NCBI GenBank assembly: GCA_047967505.1
Contig: CM106538.1
Length of the DNA stretch: 64,000 bases
Reading direction: 5' to 3' (one strand)
DNA from: Dipteris shenzhenensis
Taxonomy: Eukaryota
In this document: in pieces, positions 24,822-36,490 of the stretch
Numbering within the stretch: the stretch's first letter is position 1
Layout of the letters: each line of letters opens with the position of its first letter
Translations under genes and position numbers: made by a program
The notes under the pieces: model-generated
What the model was told of the DNA's origin: nothing
The model's database searches: none
What the model saw: the letters and a program-made list of their open reading frames with translations, nothing else

Positions 24822-27800
24822 TGTTGAGATATCGAGCTCCACTCGAGATATGCCAGGGTGACCGCTGTGTACTTATGTCACCGACTTGTTAGCTGGAGAT
24901 GCGGTTGGTACATCGCCCACGAATAATGGATGACAGCTATCCTTATCTACTATAGTTTGTGGCTCAGTTAGTATGCCACCTTAGTTAGTTGAGTTTGGTT
25001 TGAGACCCACATATAGGGTTCTTCTATTTGTTTGTACTAGAGTTCTTTTGGCTTACACAACTAAGAAGAGGAAAACTGTTTTCAGCCTCCACCTTTGTGT
25101 GTATTCCCCCATTGTGATTGTGAGAAAGCCTTAAGTGAGACTCCTTCCCTCTCTCCCACAATCTTCACATGGTATCAGAGCCTTGTTCGTGGTAAGGAGC
25201 TCAAGAAAGCAAGCCAAGTTCGTGGTGTCCTGGTAAGAGGACCAGTGTTGCTTTCCTATTTCGAGTTTGGGAGCAAATCTCTGCAGGTAGCACAGCCAGA
25301 AGTGCAGGAGTGCACTGTTTCAGATTGAGACGCCCTTTGCGGTGTGGCGAGAGCACAGTATATGCTGCGGGAGGCGTTTCGGGGCCCGTTTTGAAGGCGG
25401 AAGTTCTTCGCAGGCACTCAGGAAAAGGCCCTGTTTTTTGCTGTGCGACCACTGCGCGGCTAGTCGGTGGAAAGGTGCTGCAGAAATTGCATCGTATGCC
25501 TGTGTGCAGAGATATTGGGAGTTGCAGATTCATGCCTGTTGCTTGTTGATGCAAAATCGTCACTAGGAAGTGACTGTGTGGTGAAATACCACTTTCGTCA
25601 GTTTTGCAGATCTGCCCGTGTGAGGCAAAAGCTGTGTTTTTTGCAGTGACAGAATATTTTGCAGTGTTCTGTAATGGCATCTGATTCTCTTTCACAGATT
25701 GTCACTGAAAAGCTTGACAAGAACAACTTCCAGGCATGGAAGTTTAGAATGACGAATTTCTTGATGGGAAAAGGCTATTGGGAATTCATTACAGGAAATG
25801 AAGAAGAACCTGTTCTTCCTAATGTTCCCAGTCAACAGGAAATGCAGGCATTTAAAGGATGGCATGAGAGAGCCAGGAAAGTTATGTACTGGCTATCTAT
25901 CAGTATTTCGGACTCCATGATTGTGCATATTCAGGATGCAAATACGCCAAAGGAGGCATGGGATACTTTGGCAAAGATGTACAGCACAAATACGCAAGCC
26001 AGGAAAATGCAACTCAAACAGGAGTTGCACAATGTGAAGAGAGAAAATTTGAGCATAAATGACTACCACATGAAAGTGAAGAAAATTGCAGATGCACTTG
26101 CTTCCATTGGGTCGCCAGTGGATGATGACGATTTGGTCTCTGTGACCTTGAACGGTCTAGGAAAGGATTATGCATAGTTCCGGACATCCATTGCCGTCCG
26201 TGAAAACTTTCCTGATTTTGAGGAGTTGATTGCTCTTCTAATTTCTGAAGAGCAGAGAAATGGGGGTGCATCTTCTTCAGCAGGAACTTCAAAAGAAACT
26301 GTCTTCTACTCAAATGCTGGCAGAGGTAGAGGCAGAGGTAGAGGAGGCCGATCTGCAGGCCATGGTAGAAATCAGAATATGTAGCAAACGCAAGAAAACC
26401 AGTCCTATGCAGGAGGACGTGGTAACTCTAGAGGCAGGGGGAGCCAAAGAGCCGTGGTGGATGGCAGAGAGGCCAAAATGCAAACAGCAATATTGAATGC
26501 TACTATTGTGGCAAAATGGGTCATATGGCTAAAGACTGCTACAAAAAGCAGAATGACATTATGAGTGGAAAATTGCAGCAAGGCAATTATGCATCCTCTA
26601 GTAGACAGGGCGATGACAGAAATGAGCATTTGTTTATGGTGCAGCATATGACAAATTCTGTAACAAGAAGAAAGCAATGATGTGTGGTATGTTGACTCGG
26701 GTGCATCAAACCACATGACAGCTCACGCTAAATGGATGCAGGATGCAAGAAAAATGGAAAAACCAAGATTTGTGGAGACTGGTGATGATACTGCACATCC
26801 TATTGTGCAGATTGGCAAAATTCCTTTGTCTATGCAGGATGGGAAAAAGAAATACTTGTCTGATGTATTTCATGTCCCAAACATCACCAAGAACCTGGTT
26901 TCTGTTGGTCAAATGGTTGAGCAGGGCTTGCAGGTTAGATTTAATCCTCATGGATGCTTTGTTAAGGATATGAAAAATAATGGTCGCTTGATAGCAAAAG
27001 GAAAGAAGAAGGGCAGGATGTTTACGTTGGATGCAGACATGCCTGAATTGAGTGCAGCAATGTTTGCACATGGGACTGGTGTAGTTGCAGATATTGATAT
27101 CTAGCACAAACGCATTGGTCATGTTAATATACAGCGACTTAAATCAATGCAAGCCCAAAATATTGTTGCAGGATTGCCAAAATTCAAGGTTGCAGAAATG
27201 CACAAGATTTGTGAAGCCTGTCAATTTGGGAAACAGGCAAGGAAACCTTTTCCTAGGCATGTTCAAGAGAGTAAAAAACCATTGGAATTAATCCACTCTG
27301 ATGTGTGGACTACAAAAGCTGCATCTATTGGAGGCTCTCACTATTTTGTCACATTTATTGATGACTTCAGCAAAAAACTGTGGGTGTATTTTATGAAAAA
27401 GAAAAGTGAAGTGTTTGGGCACTTCAAAGCTTTCAAAGCTATGGTTGAAAAAGAAACAGGCCTGCAAATAAAATGCCTAAGGTCAGATGGAGGGGGAGAG
27501 TACCTCTCAAATGAGTTTGCAAGGTTCTTGCAGGAGCATGGTATAAAGCAGCAATATTCATGCAGTCATACCCCACAGCAAAATGGAATTGCAGAAAGAA
27601 AAAACAGGCATATTGGAGAGGTGTCTCGGGCTATGCTAAATGAAAAAGATCTACCAGATTATTATTGGGCTGAAGCAGTTGCTACAGTAGTCTATATAAT
27701 GAACAGGACTCCCACTGCAGCAATACATGGCATGACGCCAGAGGAGATGTATACTGGTAGGAAACCAGATATTTCTCATTTGAAGATTTTTGGTTGCATT

Positions 27801-30344
27801 GCTTATGTCCATGTGCCAGATGAGTTGAGGTCCAAGTTGGATCCAAAGGCTGAGAAGTGCATCTTTATTGGTTATTCTCTGCAGCAGAAAGGGTATAGAT
27901 GCTATAACCCTTCTACATGTAAGTTCACAGTGAGCAGAGATGTTGTTTTTGATGAGATGAGCAGCTGGTATAAACCAGTAAATGTGATGATTGATGTAGA
28001 TGCACAAAATGGTAATGCTGCACAGAATGCACAGCAGCAATCACAAAATATCAGTGGACCTGGAGTGTCCTCTACCAGTGGTTCACATACTTTGCCATGG
28101 ACAGGCAGATTGAGATCAGGAGAATCCCCTCAAAGCAATGTAGATAGTGGTACGCAGGTATCATGAAAAGGAAAAGAGAAGGTAGATCAGCCCATGTTTG
28201 ATGTGAATGCAGGTCACTCTTATGTGGATGGTGAATCCAATGGCTCAAAACAGAGCATTGATGATGAGTTGGGTATTCCTTCTGTTGTTACACCTGGAGT
28301 AAGGAAGACCAGGGATGTTTTGAGAGCACCTGGAAGTGAGCCTATTTTGCGCAGGTCTACCAGGGTTAGGTATCCTATGGATAGGCTGAAATATGATGGA
28401 TTTACAGCCATTCACTATGCCTATATGGTCAAAGTGATACAGGAACCAGAACCCACTTCTTTTGAGCAAGCCATGGGAAATGAAAAATGGGAGAAAGCCA
28501 TGGATGAAGAAATGGATGCCTTGGATGCTAATGCTACATGGGAATTGGTGCCTTTGCCTAAAGGCAAGAATGCAATTGGCTGTAAGTGGGTTTATAAGAT
28601 CAAGCACAATGCAGATGGTTCTGTGAATAGATACAAGGCAAGATTAGTTGTCAAGGGGTATGCACAGACATATGGCATTGATTATGAAGAAACTTTCAGC
28701 TCGGTTGCAAGGATGGCAACCGTAAGAGCAGCCATTGCTATGGCTGCATCAAAGGGATGGTCTTTACATCAGATGGATGTAAAGAATGCCTTCTTGCATG
28801 GTGATTTGCAAGAAGAGGTCTTTATGGAGCAGCCAGCAGGTTATGTTCATGCTACTCATCCTGAGTTTGTTTGCAGGTTGAAGAAAGCCTTGTATGGCTT
28901 GAAGCAAGCACCTAGAGCATGGTCTGACAAGATAGGACAGTATCTTGTCACTATTGGCTTTCAGATTTCCAAGGCAGATTTCTCACTCTATGTGAGAAAA
29001 ACAGAGAAAGGGATTATGCTGCTGGTCATTTATGTTGATGATTTGATCATCACAGGTGATAGTGATGAAGATATCCTTCATGTGAAAATGCTATTGAGGC
29101 AGAAGTTTGAGATGAAGGATTTGGGAGAGCTGCGTTATTTCTTGGGCATTGAGGTGATTAGATCACCAAGTGGGATACAGCTCTTGCAGAGGCAGTATGG
29201 ATTGGACATGCTGTCCAAATATGGGATGAAAGGCTGTAAGCCTATTTCAGTTCCTTTGGAGCAGAATGTGAAGCTGAGCACAGATGCAGGTGAGCTTCTG
29301 GAAGACCCTACTATGTACAGACGCATAGTAGGAAGTTTGATTTACATGACTATTACCAGGCCAGATTTGAGCTATGCTGTTGGGTTGGTAAGTCAGATTA
29401 TGCAGGCTCCAAGGAAACCGCATTTGGATGCGGCTAGACGCATACTCAGGTATGTGAAGTCCACATTGCAGTATGGACTATTTTATGAGGCTGGGGTTCA
29501 GATACAGTTGCATGGATACACTGATGCTGATTGGGCTGGTAGCATTTCTGATAGACGATCTACCAGTGGATATGTGTTCTCTTTTGGGAGTGCTGCAGTC
29601 ACTTGGAGCAGCAAGAAACAGCCTACAGTTGCCTTGTCGAGCACAGAGGCTGAGTACAGGGGTGCAGCAATGGCTGCATGTGAGGTAGCTTGGTTGCAAA
29701 AGCTACTCTATGATATGCATCAGTCTACAAATGGGCTGGTTGTCATTTATTGTGACAACATGAGCAGTATACACTTGGCAAAGAACCCAGTCTTTCATGC
29801 CAGAACAAAGCACATTGAGGTGCATTATCACTATGTGCGGGAGAAGGTTTTACTAGGTCTTATTGATCTAGTTTATGTCAGCACAGAGGATCAGGTAGCT
29901 GACATATTCACGAAAGCATTGGGCGCAGAGAAGCTGCGCAAGTTCAGAGACCTACTTGGTGTGCAGGATTTGGGATTGAGCTCGAGGGGGAGTGTTGAGA
30001 TATCGAGCTCCACTCGAGATATGCCAGGGTGACCGTTGTGTACTTATGTCACCGACTTGTTAGCTGAAGATGCGGTTGGTACACCGCCCACGAATAATAG
30101 CTGGATGACAGCTATCCTTATCTACTATAGTTTGTGGCTCAGTTAGTATGCCACCTTAGTTAGTTGAGTTTGGTTTGAGACCCACATATAGGGTTCTTCT
30201 ATTTCTTTGTACTAGAGTTCTTTTGGCTTACACAACTAAGAAGAGGAAAACTGTTTTCAGCCTCCACCTTTGTGTGTATTCCCCCATTGTGATTGTGAGA
30301 AAGCCTCAAGTGAGACTCCTTCCCTCTCTCCCACAATCTTCACA
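24822..30344 (+). mobile_element. Ty1/copia LTR retrotransposon B, nested in element A
   Basis: LTRs 24822-25169 and 29993-30344, with about 5 substitutions and one 4-bp indel by eye; PBS tggtatcagagc at 25170; PPT gagggggag; perfect TSD ttaac. Confidence 0.97.
25674..30032 (+). pseudogene. Copia B gag-pol with a few stops and frameshifts
   Basis: [72 protein letters not shown]. Stops at 26175, about 27102 and 28164. Confidence 0.93.
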
Positions 30345-32558
30345 TTAACATCTCCATTCACAGAAACAAATGAAACCGTACCTGTACCCTCAACAGGGCA
30401 TTTTGCGTTATTACCAACCGTCATGGTGATGGGCTCCTGTAGAGGCTACATGGAACAATATAGACCCTTCTTGCAAGTCATGTGATAAGAGGCACCACTA
30501 TCCAACACCCATGAATCAGTGGTTGAAGCTTCTTGAACTGAGGAACACTCTTCCTCAATGGCCAAAAATAGATCCAACTCTGCTTCCGTTGTGTTAGCTG
30601 TCTCTTTCCCCTTATCTGTCTTCTTCAGGATACCATTCTTTTCATCTGCTTTCTTGACCCGGCAATCTACAATCATATGGCCCTTCTTTTTGCAGTAGAA
30701 GCATTCTCCCTTAAACTTCTTCTTGCTGCCCTTCTTCTTTTTGTCACCACTAGTAGAGGACTCACCTTTGGTGGAGGAACCACCTTTGCCTTTCATGTGG
30801 GAGAGAAAGCAACATCCCCATTGCCGCCTCCATCTCGAGCTTTAAGCCTCAATTCCTCCTCCATAACTGAAGCACAGAACTCCTCAAATGACAATGGTTG
30901 GGGTCTCACCTGAGTGTTAACCACTGCTACCAATCCATCAAACCTTGGTGGACATATCCAGAGACACCGCCAAGCTAGCTCTTTGCTAGTCTTTTGTATC
31001 CCAACACCAACCATCTGGTCACGCAGATTTTTTATTCAGGTTATGAACACCTCCGCTCTCTCTCCTTCATTAAACTTCTCTGCTGCGAGTTGATTCTCTA
31101 GGTTTTGGATCCTTGTCTGACTCCGTGTCTCATACTAACTCTTCAATATGTTCCAGGCCACAGTTGCCTTAGATGTATGCTAAAACACTATCAGTAGTAC
31201 TTGTAACTAGGGCACATAGAGCATCTGCATTCTTGTGTTTCCAAGCTCATAGAAGGTCGGCATTAGGAGGTATTGTACTCCTCAGATTTGCTGGGTCGAG
31301 GGTTCCTTGTGGTTCTAGGTCAGTCCCGAGTACTGTCTCCGAAAGCTCATATGAATCCAGAATAGCAGCAATTTTAAACTTTCATAGAGTGTAGTTCGTA
31401 CCATCTAGCTTGCCTTCAATAAAGGCTGGTGGGCAAATCCTCAAGGCCTGGATTGTTGGTGCAGCAGCAGCTACCGAGCCGCTTCCTGCTAAGCCACTTC
31501 CTATTGCCATCACTTTGTATGCTGTTGAAGCCCTCGCCTCTCTTCTATTCTTCGATCCTTAGAGCCGCCTGGGCTTTGATACCATGTTAAATTACACGGC
31601 GCAATGGAACAGAAACTGAACAAAAGAATATAGAGTACACATCAAACTGGAGAGGAACAAACTTTTCCTTCAATACTGATGTAGTACAGATGATGGCTCC
31701 ATCCACCCGTGCACTCCCACAGTGGAGCTTAGATGGCAATCTAGATAGATACTAGGTGAAGAGCTACTAGCTAGAAGATCTGATCTGATCTGGACTGATC
31801 TAATCCAATGGACTGGGGAGGTCGCCTCTTTATAGCTATGAGGGTGGTAGTTGGATCAACGTAGTCGGTGGAGTTGACCAGTCGACCTAGTCGGTGGAGC
31901 TGACCAGTCAACCTAGTCGATGGAACCAACTAGTCGTCCATGGAATATTCAGGGAATATTTCCTATACCATTGCCTCCGAGGCTCCCACCCCCGAACCCC
32001 CACCAGGGGGGCTGCTGGCCCCCAGGCCTCAGCAAGAATAAGGGGCTCCCACACAATCACCTTTCTACCATCAACAGTCTCGTTGATAGACCTCATCTGA
32101 CATGCAAGTCAGGATCCACCATCCAGTGTCCCGAGCTCACACATGGCTTCTCCTCATATGGGGGCCTTACAACTTGAGCACCTTGGACCACTGGTGGTTA
32201 CTAGGAGGGTGGGGCATTGAGCATATCTAACACAATCATAGAGGACAAAGCAGAGGACCTATTCAAGAACAGAGAGTCAGTGTCCACGCCCATAGGGGAG
32301 AGGACACCCGCCTCCAGGTCTAGGGCAAAGAGGGCCTCCACATCCAAGAAGAGGCCCTCCACATCAAGGGCACAGAGGCCGTCCTCCATCAAGGAGATAT
32401 AGGTCTGTGGCACTTTGGGAAATAAGAAAGTTTCAAAAAGCTATCGATTTGCTCATCCCAATGGCAAGCTTTGCAAGGGTGATACACGAGGTCATGGAGG
32501 ACCTCAACAATAGCCCCATTCCCCAGTATTATAGACGTGGAATTGTCAAGGCTCCATG

Positions 32559-33746
32559 TGTTGGCTCTTTCCTACTGCTTTCGTAGGAAGAGCTGGGTAT
32601 TCTTGTTAGCAGGGTTCCGAGGCTTTTTGTCACCTACAAATATATTGGAATTGTCGGTTGTAGTATATGTGTAGCTTAGGACCTCGAGTCGTGTTCCGGT
32701 GAGAGACGTAGGCTTAAGTGTGGTAAGTAAACAAAGTGCAAGCATGTGTAAAAGAAATGTAAACCATCTTTGTTGAGGTAATGAAGGCTTTCACCTTCAT
32801 TGGGGGTTGTAGGGTTTAGGAGGAGTTTAAGGGTTCAGAAGGAGGTTCCAGGGTTTAGAAAGAGTTCCAGGGTTCAGAGGGAGTTCCAGGGTTCAGAAAG
32901 AGTTCCAAGGTTTAGAAAGAGGTTCCAGGGTTTAAAAGGAGTCCAGGGTTAGAAGGAGGATCCAAGGTTCAGAGTAGAGTACATGGTGGAGAACTCGTCT
33001 CCCTCGTAGATCATGGAGTTTAAGGGTTTAGGAAAGCATAGGAGTGGGAGAGGAAGAAGGTGTAAGAGCATGGGTGAAAGAAGAGAGAGGAGGGAGGAGG
33101 AGGAGGGAAGAGGAGGAGGGAGGGGGAGGAGAGAGGAGGAGGAGGTGGAGGGAGGAGGAGGAGGAGGAGGAGGAGAAGGAGGAAGGAGGAGGAGGAGGAG
33201 AAGGAGGAAGGAGGAGGAGGGAGGAGGAGAGGGAGAGGGTGGGTTGCAGGGTTGGAGGAGAGGGGAGAAGGGTTGCAAGGTTAGGACATGCTTTTGGACG
33301 TGCAGTGCAAGGAAGCATGGACACTTGAGACAAATGCTTGGAATACCAAACTAGAGTCAACACAATGCCCCAAAGAGTGTGGGCTTCATTCCATTATGGG
33401 GTATTTATACAAGTTGGAGAGCTTCTCTCTCTGCATGTAACACAAAGTCGTATCACAAAGTTGTAACACAAAGTTGTATCACAAAGTTGTAACACAAAGT
33501 TGTAACACATTCTCTCTCTACATGTAGAAGTTGTAACACAAAGTTGTAACACAAACTTGTAACACAAAGTTGTTACACAAAGTCGTAACACAAAGTTGTG
33601 TCTAGAAGTTGTAACACAAAGTTGTAACACAAAGTTGTATCACAAAGCTCTATCACAAAGTTGTATCACAAAGTTGTGTCTAGAAGTTGTAACACAAAGT
33701 TGTAACACAAAGTTGTATCACAAAGTTGTATCACAAAGTTGTAACA
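32559..33746 (-). repeat. Gypsy 3' LTR with internal 13-bp, about 19-bp and GGA arrays
   Basis: aagttgtaacaca array 33436-33746; gggtttagaaagagttcca-like array 32810-32970; (GGA)n 33080-33240. Confidence 0.85.
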
Positions 33747-33822
33747 CCTTCTCTTTCTTCATAAGTTCATGTTGGCACAGAGTCAACATACTCCCGGATC
33801 CATTTTATTACCCGTCCTCGGG

Positions 33823-34599
33823 TTATGGCTTATTGCGATCACGTACCTGGGTTGCCATGTTTTTAGTCCAGTGGCTGTGGAACTTGTGTCGTGCCAGTCG
33901 ATCCTGCTGTAGAGCCTTAGCACCATACAACTTTTGCGCAGTTTCCAGGTAGCATGTATCTACCATTTGCTCGAACAGAGATATGTGGCGTGCCTCCAAG
34001 AAGATCACTCTTTGATAGAGTCGGCTTGTAATCTGAGCATCAATCCATTCATTGGGATTAAAGCTGAGTGGAGGCAAATGGGAATCAAGGTAACATGGGA
34101 CCTCCAAAATTAATTCTAATGTTTTACAGAATATGGCACTTTGGCGAAGGAAGCGATCAATGTTGCCGCGCATTGTTTGTTCATGCTGCTGAAGTGCTCG
34201 GATCATGGTGCCTTGGATATTCCATTCTACACCAGAGTAGGGTTCGATCATTGGCCAATTAATGACTCGATCTTCAACTAAAGTGTGTATGTTGGCTTCC
34301 CATTTTTTACGCCGTGGAACTGCATAGAACTTGGGATGGGTTCTGAGACATGGAGGTGCCCGTAAGTACTCCTTTAAGAAGATTACATCAAAGAGCTTGG
34401 GACGGCGCCAATCAGGTTGTGGATCCAATTTGCTAATCCAACCTTCACTTATTTGATGCTGACGAAGGTTGGTAGGAAAGTTACCCAGGGTCCATCCACC
34501 GCGAGTTTTCATATCAGGATATTTGCTCCAAAATTCCTTGATGGGGTTACTGGGAAGTGGTATCTCATCAAAATCATACCCATCATTGGAACTTGGCAT
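33823..34599 (-). CDS. Gypsy accessory ORF B, 258 aa, unknown function
   Basis: Uninterrupted ATG-initiated ORF ending just before the PPT and 3' LTR, in the same sense as pol. Confidence 0.6.
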   Translation of the reverse strand: MPSSNDGYDFDEIPLPSNPIKEFWSKYPDMKTRGGWTLGNFPTNLRQHQISEGWISKLDPQPDWRRPKLFDVIFLKEYLRAPPCLRTHPKFYAVPRRKKWEANIHTLVEDRVINWPMIEPYSGVEWNIQGTMIRALQQHEQTMRGNIDRFLRQSAIFCKTLELILEVPCYLDSHLPPLSFNPNEWIDAQITSRLYQRVIFLEARHISLFEQMVDTCYLETAQKLYGAKALQQDRLARHKFHSHWTKNMATQVRDRNKP

Positions 34600-34639
34600 G
34601 GGTGTACGAATTGGATTATTCGGATCCTAATATTCAAAA

Positions 34640-36274
34640 TCAAATACCTCTCACTGCATCATTTTCTGCTGATGGAAGCACCAGAAGTGTCGGAGGTGAT
34701 GACGGGGCCGGGAGAGAATCAGGGGACATGGGGGAGAAATATGGCTGAGTGATAGTGGCGGAAGGGGGAGCAGAGGGGAGGGGGGGAAGAAATGGGCAAA
34801 TGGTTTGAGCAGCTTGGTAATCCTCAAGGGTAGGATTAGCAAGGGAGGGGAAAAAGCTGGGTGTGAGGGGCTCGTAAGTTTGTGACTGTTGGGTAAGTTG
34901 AAAATGGTGAGAGGCATGAGCAAAGAGACGATGGAGGGAATAGATGTTAGGATGGAGCTCGGGGAAGGTTAAGAGGGTGGTAGCAGCAAGGGGAAGTGAG
35001 GTTATGATGTTGGCAGAAAGAGTGGTTAGATATGGGAAGTTGGATGTGAGATAGGCCTTGTCATCTTCCGACACTTCTTTTTGCTGGTGCGATGGGATGA
35101 TCAGCTGTATGGGTGGGATGTCGGTTATGTCGTGCTGTGCAAATAATAGGGATGGCCTTTGTAGCAATGGCAACAAACCTACAATAACCCTGAGGGGAGG
35201 ACTACCCATGAGGCAGACATATGCAATGAAAGCATCCGTCCTGAGTGTTATAAACCCGGCATGTGTAGACAAGCAGAAGATATTCTTCTCATCTTCAGAC
35301 AAGTCTTGGCAAATTATGCACAAGGTTTTAATCCCGATTGATCGTTTCCAGTTGATTGTTGGATGAGCAGATATGATCCTGAGTTGGAGTTGCTTCCATT
35401 GGATAAGCACGCGTGCATTGAGGTGATCTTCCACTTGTAGAGCAACCACAAGCTCTTCGTACACCACGGTTGTGCATTGTAGTGGGGCATCCTTGGTGTT
35501 GTCTTCCAATGCCTCATTGTTGTGCACTAGCAATTGGAGTTCAAGCTTGGAGATGGCTATTTTTTGGGAGTGCATCTCATTCATTTTTTCTTTGTACTGA
35601 TGGTAGATGGTTGTGTATGCCTCCTTAAGCTTTTTCATTTGCAAGGTGACCTTTGCCTGTTGAGGAATGTCTTCAGTGGTATTGGACCATTGGTCCAAGA
35701 CCTGGGCTTGTGAAGTGCTGGCCTCTTGAACAGTAGCAAGTTGGTCTTTTAAGAGTCGGCATTCCCTTGTAAGCTCATCAATGCTAAAGGCACGTACTGC
35801 CAAAGATTGTTTCATGTCTTCAAGCTTGTCTTTGCAATCCTGGAGCTCTTCTTCTTTGTGAATGAGAGTGAGTCGAGCTTGTGCCACTACCTCTGTTTGT
35901 TGCACATGTGCAGATGTCAGGGAGTTATAGGAGGTCTGTAGGATTGCCATTGCTTCTACTGCCGCAGTCAGCTGTGTTTGACTTTGGTGGAGGCTGGAGG
36001 TCACATCCCTTACGGCATTCTCTTGAGCTTGGAGAGCCTGGTTCATGCGCACTTCTTCTACCTCCTTCTCATCTATCTGTGCCCGAAGTGCCTTGACCTC
36101 TATGGCAATTGCCTGGAATTGGTCTTCGATTTCTGATGCCGTCTGCCTTTCCAATTCTCTTGCATATGCTTCCTTAGCCAAGCTAGTGAAGAGTTCTGAC
36201 ATTTGGATCATTTGGCTAGCTTGATGTTGGAGAATGACAGATGGTGATGAGGTCTGGCGATATTGCTGATACAA
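34640..36274 (-). CDS. Gypsy accessory ORF A, about 544 aa, long predicted coiled coil
   Basis: Uninterrupted frame downstream of integrase; Q/E/L/A heptad-rich N-terminal half and P-rich C-terminus; true start uncertain. Confidence 0.6.
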   Translation of the reverse strand: MYQQYRQTSSPSVILQHQASQMIQMSELFTSLAKEAYARELERQTASEIEDQFQAIAIEVKALRAQIDEKEVEEVRMNQALQAQENAVRDVTSSLHQSQTQLTAAVEAMAILQTSYNSLTSAHVQQTEVVAQARLTLIHKEEELQDCKDKLEDMKQSLAVRAFSIDELTRECRLLKDQLATVQEASTSQAQVLDQWSNTTEDIPQQAKVTLQMKKLKEAYTTIYHQYKEKMNEMHSQKIAISKLELQLLVHNNEALEDNTKDAPLQCTTVVYEELVVALQVEDHLNARVLIQWKQLQLRIISAHPTINWKRSIGIKTLCIICQDLSEDEKNIFCLSTHAGFITLRTDAFIAYVCLMGSPPLRVIVGLLPLLQRPSLLFAQHDITDIPPIQLIIPSHQQKEVSEDDKAYLTSNFPYLTTLSANIITSLPLAATTLLTFPELHPNIYSLHRLFAHASHHFQLTQQSQTYEPLTPSFFPSLANPTLEDYQAAQTICPFLPPLPSAPPSATITQPYFSPMSPDSLPAPSSPPTLLVLPSAENDAVRGI

Positions 36275-36490
36275 GTGGTGCCCATGTAGCCATCCCGATG
36301 ATTATGTAGTACTTGGAGTGCACGTGACCTAGTAGCTAAGTAGGGACTAACTATATGCTTTTTTTGCTGGGATTTTCATAGGGCAACTAGAACTCATCAT
36401 CACTTCTGAGCTCTAGGTAAAATCGATTGATGCTACCTATATGTGCGAAGACGTACATATGCAAGTGAGTGCTCGTGATACAATCTAATC

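Larger units (their letters stand above)
21354..32232 (-). mobile_element. Ty1/copia LTR retrotransposon A (degenerate, two LTRs), inserted in the H3-like gene
   Basis: LTRs 31585-32232 and 21354-22010 (TG..CA); Met-tRNA PBS tggtatcaaagc at 31584-31573; PPT 22011-22020; TSD caacc/caatc. Gag (CFYCKKKGHMIVDC), PR (WVLDSGAS), IN, RT and RNase H occur in broken frames. Confidence 0.95.

Noticed and set aside
33436-33746. CRISPR-like regular repeats
   Set aside because: Head-to-tail 13-mers without unique spacers, inside a eukaryotic LTR.
32949-33952. ORFs in the gypsy LTR (also 43202-43591)
   Set aside because: They are translations of the GGA and 13-mer arrays.
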